Shown piece after piece: positions 57,831 to 64,000 of a stretch of DNA of 64,000 nucleotides. Below the pieces are notes generated by a model. That model saw only the letters and a program-made list of their open reading frames with translations, had not been told where the DNA came from and ran no database searches. The translations under genes and the position numbers were made by a program. The stretch is taken from the NCBI GenBank assembly GCA_963674825.1, contig OY771587.1, forward strand, positions 3,008,001 through 3,072,000, written 5' to 3'. This DNA comes from Candidatus Cloacimonadales bacterium. GTDB taxonomy: Bacteria; Cloacimonadota; Cloacimonadia; Cloacimonadales; JAIOQZ01. Position 1 is the first letter of the stretch. The number at the start of each line of letters is the position of its first letter.

Positions 57831-59606
57831 CTAATCGGTTGTTGTCGAGAGGACGTCGTTAAGGTCGGCGACACCCTTGCGGACAAGCTCGATACCGGCC
57901 TGACGCAGTGACAACATTCCCTGTTTCTCGGCGATGCGCCTGATTTTGTTTTCGTCGATATCGGATTTCGAATCCAGAATAGCCTGCTGTATTTCGTGGG
58001 AGAAGAACAGCGTTTCGTGAATACCGGCGCGGCCTTTGAAGCCTGTCCCGCGACAAAGATCACAGCCCACCGGTTCGAAAACTTTGCCTTCGAGGATTTC
58101 TTCGGTAGTGATACCGTATTGCTCATATATTTTTGCGTTTTCTTTCGACACGGGTCGCTTGCAGGCTTTGCAGAGTTTACGCACAAGGCGCTGCGCAACG
58201 ATAATATTAATCGCGTTGGCCATCAAGAATGTCTCAATCTGCATTTTATACATACGAGAGATAGCGCTGGGTGCGTCGTTAGTATGCAGCGTCGCGAAAG
58301 TAAGGTGACCGGTGTTCGCGAGCTTGATACCGATTTCAGCTGTCTTCTTATCGCGAATCTCACCAACCATGACGATATCGGGGTCGTGACGAAGGATCGC
58401 GCGGAGTGCGAGGTCGAAGGTACATTTCGGGCTGATCTTGATCTGACGAGCGCCTTTGACGACATACTCGACCGGTTCCTCGACAGTCAGTGCGTTACGT
58501 TCCGGTGTCATTACGTGATAGAGTGTTGCAAGAAGCGTGGTACTTTTACCGGAACCGGTAGGTCCCGTGATGATCACCATACCTTGTGGCTTCGCGACGG
58601 CTCTTTCAAAGTCGCGTCTCGATTGTGACAGGAAGCCAAGATCGTCGATGTTGTCGATGACGTTACGGTCATCCAAAATACGAATAACGATACTCTCGAA
58701 ATGCCGTTCCATTTCGCGGGAAACAATCGGCAGGATCGAGACACGGAAACGGATTGTATAACCGTCGATGTCACGCTGGATGAATCCGTCTTGAGCCTCG
58801 TCGATCTTGAAACGATCCACACCCAGCGACCGGTCTTTCACCACAGCCTGGAACGCCTGCGGGTTGATGTTTTCCTTCCGTTTCCAGAGGGTTAGCTTAC
58901 CGTCGATACGGAACATAATGTCGGTAGTTTTCACATCAAATGGTATGATGTGAATATCACTAACCTTGTTCTTGACAGCTTCCACCAGAGCCGCTTCGAA
59001 GAGATAGACAAGTGCGCCTTTGTTGATTTCCTGATTGATCAGATCATCGTCGTCCGTCTTCTTGGAATCCTCGATGGCATTGATATCGATGGTTCCTTCT
59101 TCGGTACCGAGCAGGTCGAGGAATTCGTTTTCATCTTTCTGCACGATGTCGATAAGGCGCTTGATTTCGTCGAAAGGTGTATAGACGATCTCGTAGCGTT
59201 TGACTTTGGAGTAGGAGGCGATTTCTTTTGCGAAGCTATCGGTAGGATTAGAAGCCAGGATAATCAGAGTCTCGATGCGCTTCTTCTGAATCTTATAGGG
59301 GATAATCTTTTTCTGCAGGGCTTCGTTTTTTACGTCCTTCGGAAGCGAATCAAGCAGCTGCGTGATTTCTTCGATGTCGTCTTCGCTCAATTTCTCCGGC
59401 GAGATATTCATCTTGGAAATAGCGTAAAGCTTGGCTACCTCGGTGTACAGACGGTCCCTGTCAACCTGATATTGGTCGATGAGAATCTCTTCAAGCGTCT
59501 GGGTGTTGTCTGGTTTGTCCAGCTTGACCCTGGCCGCGTTGAGAATCTCTTCGGTAATGATATTCTTGAGAACGAGCAATTTTCCTAAAAACTGATTTTC
59601 TTTCAT
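57831..59606 (-). CDS. pilB: Second PilB/GspE-family extension ATPase (locus 2)
   Basis: SDIHIIP, FRIDG, AQDG, GPTGSGKST, VEEPVEY, LRHDPDIVMVGEIRD, TGHLTFATLHTNDA, CKAC...CDLC. Confidence 0.92.
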   Translation of the reverse strand: MKENQFLGKLLVLKNIITEEILNAARVKLDKPDNTQTLEEILIDQYQVDRDRLYTEVAKLYAISKMNISPEKLSEDDIEEITQLLDSLPKDVKNEALQKKIIPYKIQKKRIETLIILASNPTDSFAKEIASYSKVKRYEIVYTPFDEIKRLIDIVQKDENEFLDLLGTEEGTIDINAIEDSKKTDDDDLINQEINKGALVYLFEAALVEAVKNKVSDIHIIPFDVKTTDIMFRIDGKLTLWKRKENINPQAFQAVVKDRSLGVDRFKIDEAQDGFIQRDIDGYTIRFRVSILPIVSREMERHFESIVIRILDDRNVIDNIDDLGFLSQSRRDFERAVAKPQGMVIITGPTGSGKSTTLLATLYHVMTPERNALTVEEPVEYVVKGARQIKISPKCTFDLALRAILRHDPDIVMVGEIRDKKTAEIGIKLANTGHLTFATLHTNDAPSAISRMYKMQIETFLMANAINIIVAQRLVRKLCKACKRPVSKENAKIYEQYGITTEEILEGKVFEPVGCDLCRGTGFKGRAGIHETLFFSHEIQQAILDSKSDIDENKIRRIAEKQGMLSLRQAGIELVRKGVADLNDVLSTTTD

Positions 59607-59607
59607 C

Positions 59608-60954
59608 TTATGCACCTGGCGTGGGTGGACGCATGAATGCGCTTTCCGAGGAGACAACAATCAGAGCCGTCATCACCACGAGGATGAACAATGCCGTTAA
59701 GACATCTATCGTTTGGAGAATCGATTGGAATTTATACTTTGTTTCTTTCTCATAATAAGCAGCGATCTGGAAGGCCGCGTTCTTCACAGAACCCGTTGCG
59801 GAACCTGCGTTCAAACGTGTGATCGCGGTATCCGTAAATACTTCCGATGCCTCAATCGCATCAATCAGGCCGGCACCTTCCTTCAGCATGCGAGGGATTG
59901 TAATTTCTTTGATCTGGCGCTCCATATGTGCGTTGCCACAGGCTTCTGCAGCAATCTGGAGGACTTCGATGTTGTTTCCCGAACCGCTATAAACGATTGA
60001 GAATACGCGGAAGAAAATCTCGATATTCATTTTGTGGATCAGGCCGCCAATGACTGGAATCTTGATGATATTCTTGTCGCGCCACAGCCTTCCCTTAGGT
60101 GTTGTGAACCACCACAGTACAAATGCGATGGGTATGATAAAAGCAAGTGCCAGCCACCACCAGTTATCCTGGAGGAAATAGCTGAGCTGCATGGTCGCAG
60201 CCGTCATGGGAGGGAGGTCCATCTTGAACCGGATGAACATCTCCGTGATTTCCGGGAAGAGTTTGCCGACATAGTAACCGATCGCGCCCAGGATCGCAAG
60301 GAATGTAACAATGGGCATCACCAGAGCCTGACGCAGGTTCTTCTGAAAGTCCGCCTGGCGAGTCAGGTATTCGGCTGTACTCTTGTAGATTTCCGCCATG
60401 TTACCGGACTTCGATGCCAAACCGAGCATGTAGGACGTGAACTTGCCGAACACATCCGAATACTTCTGGAAGACACTCATACCGTCCTGGCCCTGACGCA
60501 AATCGCGCGAGATACCTTTAACTGCGGTACGCAGCGTTTTATTCTGCACGTCGGTAGCGTGGATCTTGAGGATTTCGTCGAACTTCATGTTCTCATTGAG
60601 CATGTCAGCCGTGATGGAGATAAACATCACGATATCGCCAAACGGTGGCTTGAGCCGCAGGTTCATAAGGTTCGGTTCGACAGCGATATTTTTGTATCCG
60701 AGGCTGGCAAGCGCGTTCTGAAGCTCATCCTTCGTAAACGCGTCCTGCTCACCCTTTACTTTCTTGCCTTGCGATGTGACAGCCTTGTAGAGGAAGGATT
60801 TTTTCTGCTCGACTTTTTGCACGCCAAAATTATGCTCAAGCGCAAGCTGATTGATCTTCTTGCGTGCCATAGCCAGGCTCGCTTCGTAGATCGTACCACG
60901 CACGATTTTCTTGGTGTCTCGCTTTACGCCTTGATAGCGGAATTCCTTCAGCAT
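59608..60954 (-). CDS. pilC: Second PilC/GspF-family platform protein (locus 2)
   Basis: Two GspF-like helical domains with TM helices (SKSGNM, DLPPMT, KIPVIGGL, GSATGSV). Confidence 0.85.
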   Translation of the reverse strand: MLKEFRYQGVKRDTKKIVRGTIYEASLAMARKKINQLALEHNFGVQKVEQKKSFLYKAVTSQGKKVKGEQDAFTKDELQNALASLGYKNIAVEPNLMNLRLKPPFGDIVMFISITADMLNENMKFDEILKIHATDVQNKTLRTAVKGISRDLRQGQDGMSVFQKYSDVFGKFTSYMLGLASKSGNMAEIYKSTAEYLTRQADFQKNLRQALVMPIVTFLAILGAIGYYVGKLFPEITEMFIRFKMDLPPMTAATMQLSYFLQDNWWWLALAFIIPIAFVLWWFTTPKGRLWRDKNIIKIPVIGGLIHKMNIEIFFRVFSIVYSGSGNNIEVLQIAAEACGNAHMERQIKEITIPRMLKEGAGLIDAIEASEVFTDTAITRLNAGSATGSVKNAAFQIAAYYEKETKYKFQSILQTIDVLTALFILVVMTALIVVSSESAFMRPPTPGA

Positions 60955-61010
60955 TAGCCCAATCCTTATAATTACAGTTTTTCTCTAATGAGAATATAAC
61001 CTCAACCGTG

Positions 61011-61039
61011 ATATTGCGCAGATTTTTTCATTCTGTCAA
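61011..61039 (-). promoter_or_regulatory. sigma70-type promoter candidate for locus 2
   Basis: TTGACA-N17-CAATAT, about 56 nt upstream of the pilC2 ATG. Confidence 0.5.
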
Positions 61040-61496
61040 CAAAAAACCTTTCGTCGCGGTGGGTTTTCCGCTTTGGAAAACGATTTCAACCTAAAAATGC
61101 CACATGGTTTTGACCGATTGAGGCGATAATGCTAATAAAGTATTTTAAGATTCTTTGTCAAGAACGTACTCACTTATTAATGAGTAATATTCATATTTAA
61201 TGGACGGCCGTAAGTTCATTATTGTGTAATAAATTGCATGTCAATAAAATACGAAAACATGCTACTTAAAAGAATGTAAGGATTTTTTTATTGTATACCG
61301 ATCGTGATAATCGTGACAATGCCAAGTAGATGATGTACATTCAAAAATTGATCAACCAAATTTGTCTATTTTCTGAAGATCGCTTGGATTGGGGGTTTCA
61401 GGCATGTGGTTCAGATTCATTATAGAACTGGTTGACAAAGAAGTGCATTCGTACGTTTTTCGTTCGATAGCGTAATATACTTACATTGGAGGAATT

Positions 61497-62318
61497 ATGA
61501 CAATGCAGAATCCACATCAGCCTTCAAATGAAAAACTTGAAGCGACCCTGAAAAGGATAAAACATAAAATAGTTATTCTCAGCGGAAAAGGCGGCGTCGG
61601 TAAAAGCACCGTCGCGGTCAATCTCGCGTATGGCCTCGCGCTTGCAGGCCGAAGAGTCGGTCTGATCGACACCGATCTTCATGGACCATCTTTGGCTAAG
61701 ATGCTGGGAATCGAGGGACGTCGCTTCGAACTGGGCGAAGATGGTCTTCCCGGCCCCATCCGTGTTCACGACAATCTTTTCGCGGTTTCCATCGCGACCA
61801 TGCTTCCGAGCGAAGATGAACCAGTCATCTGGCGCGGTCCGCTTAAAATGGGAGCGATTCGTCAGTTCCTGGAAGAAATCTCCTGGCCCGAACTTGATTA
61901 CCTCATCGCAGACTGCCCTCCCGGAACGGGCGACGAGCCGCTTTCCATCGTGCAGCTTCTCGGTAAGGTCGATGGTACCGTGATCGTCTCGACACCGCAG
62001 GATGTCGCATTTCTTGACGCTCGTAAGACTATTAACTTCTCGCACAAACTCACGATACCTGTGCTTGGTATCATCGAGAACATGGCATCGTTTTTCTGCC
62101 CACATTGCGGCAAGCCGATCAGCATCTTCGAAGGTGAAGGAACCAAGAAAGCAGCGGACGATTTCGGTATCGATATTCTGGGCAGCATCCCGATCGATCC
62201 GGATATTGCCAAATCAAGCGATGCAGGACGCCCGTACATCTACGATTTCGGAAAGATGGATGGTGCGAAGGCTATGCAGGGAATTACAACAAAAATCATA
62301 GAAAAAGTGGAGGGCTAA
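61497..62318 (+). CDS. mrp: Mrp/ApbC/NBP35 iron-sulfur cluster carrier ATPase
   Basis: SGKGGVGKST, DLHGPS, VIWRGP, DCPPGTGDE, STPQ, ENMA..CPHC. Confidence 0.93.
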   Translation: MTMQNPHQPSNEKLEATLKRIKHKIVILSGKGGVGKSTVAVNLAYGLALAGRRVGLIDTDLHGPSLAKMLGIEGRRFELGEDGLPGPIRVHDNLFAVSIATMLPSEDEPVIWRGPLKMGAIRQFLEEISWPELDYLIADCPPGTGDEPLSIVQLLGKVDGTVIVSTPQDVAFLDARKTINFSHKLTIPVLGIIENMASFFCPHCGKPISIFEGEGTKKAADDFGIDILGSIPIDPDIAKSSDAGRPYIYDFGKMDGAKAMQGITTKIIEKVEG

Positions 62319-62319
62319 A

Positions 62320-62655
62320 ATGTTAGTCGCAATACCAACCGATAAAGGTAAAATGAGCGGTCACTTTGGACACGCACCGGAATTCACGATCTATCAGATC
62401 CATGATAAAGATTTGCAGGACAAGAAAGTCGTTGCTGCTCCGCCGCATCAGCCCGGTCTGCTTCCCAAATGGCTCAAAGAGATCAACGTTGATGTCGTTA
62501 TCGCGGGAAACATGGGATCTAAGGCTCGCGACCTTTTCGATCAGAATGGCATCGAAGTGGTTTATGGTGTTGGCGAGACCGACCCAGACACGATCATTGT
62601 GAACTTTATCAAAGGTGATCTAAAGCGGGATGCAGAGCTGACCTGCTGCCATTGA
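62320..62655 (+). CDS. NifB/NifX-family (FeMo-cofactor-binding-like) protein
   Basis: VAIPT, SGHFGHAPEF, VVIAGNMG, GIEV, C-terminal CCH. Confidence 0.88.
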   Translation: MLVAIPTDKGKMSGHFGHAPEFTIYQIHDKDLQDKKVVAAPPHQPGLLPKWLKEINVDVVIAGNMGSKARDLFDQNGIEVVYGVGETDPDTIIVNFIKGDLKRDAELTCCH

Positions 62656-62672
62656 TCCATAAGTTTTTTAAA

Positions 62673-62704
62673 GCGGCGGCTGTCTATCGATGGTCGCCGT
62701 TTTT
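62673..62704. terminator. Intrinsic terminator between convergent genes
   Basis: GCGGCGGCTGTC-TATC-GATGGTCGCCGT-TTTT. Confidence 0.7.
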
Positions 62705-62739
62705 CATTATCAAAATTGCCCTTACAGTGAAAAATTTCT

Positions 62740-63948
62740 CTATGAAAACACCTGGTCCATTGCCTCCACGATATTCCCATCGATATATCCGTTTTTTACC
62801 ATTTTCTTCATGAGGATCATTACCTCTTTATGAGGCGACGGATTGCGGTAGGGGCGTTGTTCAGTAAGGGCCTGGTAGATATCCAGACATCCCATGAGGC
62901 GATCCTCGAAGCTTAACCGTTCAGCGTCGAAACCATATGGATAGCCAGCCCCGTTTAGCTTCTCGTGGTGATTGGCGGCCCATTCGGTGATGTCATCGAA
63001 ACCGGAGATTTGCTCCAGTGCTTTGCGTGTGAAATAGGTGTGCGCTTTTACGATCTCGAAATCATCCATGGAGAGCGTGTGGCGGTTATCGAGGATACGG
63101 TTTGGGATCGCCAATTTTCCGAGGTCGTGCAGACTGGCTGCAATAGCAAACCGAATTTTCTTCTGCGGTGTGAAGCCATAATAATCCGCCATGGTTTTCG
63201 CTTTCTGGATAAGACCGGTCGAGTGCCGTGAGGTGAATTTGGATTTGGAGTCAATGATACGAGAGAACACGCTTGTAATGCGCAAGACTTCTTCGCAATC
63301 GAATTCGCGATCGATCGGCGGTACAAGAAGCGGTAGTTCCTTCTGTAGAAATGGTTGACGTAAATCGAACCAGAAACGGGTACGCGAGCTAACTTTCATG
63401 AAGGCATCCACGATTTCTTCCGAGAAGCGCTTACCCTTCTGGAACCACACGAAGTCGATGATTTTCTTGCGGTGCTCCAGCGGAGGAATCTCGAAATGGA
63501 ATCGGTTGTCGACGTAGTCTGCCAGGGCTACTATCTGTGCCAGAAGCGGAATTTCGTTACCGTGAAGACCAAAGAAGCCGGTTCCGTCGAAGTTCTCGTG
63601 ATGATAACGTACGATATCGCGGTTGTCGGTAAGGAACGGGTAGTCCTGAACGTTGCGTTCACCGATATTGCAATGCTCCTTGAAGCCTTCCATTCTACCC
63701 AGACGGTCGAGCTTGTCGATCTCAAGAGTTGAGTGGAGCACTTCTTCGCTGAGGCCGTTATCGTGCAGGATAGCAAAAGAGCAAAGGTCGAATTTCTCTT
63801 CGGGTGTGAGGTTGAATTCTTCGGCGATACGCAAGGAAATATAGGCTACTCTTCGTGTGTGATCGGCTGTAGCGCCCAGAATGTCCATCTCGACGAAGTC
63901 GAGCGCCATTGAGACGGCGATTAGAAAATCATTCATATTGAATTTCAT
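62740..63948 (-). CDS. Tandem HD/HD-GYP cyclic-dinucleotide phosphodiesterase
   Basis: N-domain HDNGL...HHENFDGTGFFG; C-domain HS, HDLGK, HT, HHEKLNGAGYP, DIYQALTEQRPYR. Confidence 0.88.
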   Translation of the reverse strand: MKFNMNDFLIAVSMALDFVEMDILGATADHTRRVAYISLRIAEEFNLTPEEKFDLCSFAILHDNGLSEEVLHSTLEIDKLDRLGRMEGFKEHCNIGERNVQDYPFLTDNRDIVRYHHENFDGTGFFGLHGNEIPLLAQIVALADYVDNRFHFEIPPLEHRKKIIDFVWFQKGKRFSEEIVDAFMKVSSRTRFWFDLRQPFLQKELPLLVPPIDREFDCEEVLRITSVFSRIIDSKSKFTSRHSTGLIQKAKTMADYYGFTPQKKIRFAIAASLHDLGKLAIPNRILDNRHTLSMDDFEIVKAHTYFTRKALEQISGFDDITEWAANHHEKLNGAGYPYGFDAERLSFEDRLMGCLDIYQALTEQRPYRNPSPHKEVMILMKKMVKNGYIDGNIVEAMDQVFS

Positions 63949-64000
63949 GGCAACTCGCAAGTTTTTTAAGAATATCTACTTGAAACTTAGCTCAATGTCA

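Noticed and set aside
61040..61120. c-di-GMP-I riboswitch upstream of pilC2 (GGTCAAAACCAT on the minus strand)
   Set aside because: It lacks the GNRA-capped P2 stem and the downstream GCAAA/receptor elements.
62320..62655. NifX-like gene as evidence of nitrogen fixation
   Set aside because: Mrp-NifX pairs are common in non-diazotrophic anaerobes and no nifHDK genes are in the window.

Overview
Bacterial chromosomal window of about 50% GC from an anaerobic diderm. The gene content and the exported protein with a 'NYPNPFNP' C-terminal domain suggest Candidatus Cloacimonadota or another FCB-group lineage (inference). The window holds two type IV filament loci on the minus strand. Locus 1 (10.2-28.5 kb) is a nearly complete type IVa pilus cluster: pilA, pilT, pilV-like, pilW-like, three tandem ~615-aa PilX-like paralogs, pilMNOPQ, an invasin-like Ig-repeat lipoprotein, pilB with an intact MshEN motif, and pilC. 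A sigma54-type promoter precedes pilA. Locus 2 (53.9-61.0 kb) is atypical. It has a pilC with a duplicated N-terminal module, a pilB with a decayed MshEN motif, three pilin-like genes with essentially no prepilin leader, and a receiver-domain/PilT fusion with degenerate catalytic motifs. It runs without gaps into a cytidylyltransferase, a B12 radical SAM gene and a GPP34 gene. Also present: an ECF-type transporter operon with no EcfT but three exported proteins carrying a sulfite-oxidase-like (Oxidored_molyb) domain; a tRNA-Gly/Cys/Leu operon; fba-gap; four radical SAM genes; a dual-cyclase STAND-TPR protein; Mrp/NifX genes; a tandem HD-GYP gene; scattered REP-like palindromes; and an unexplained ~126-nt rod-like hairpin. 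No integrase, transposase, CRISPR array or rRNA was seen. All family calls come from motif reading by eye, not from database searches.
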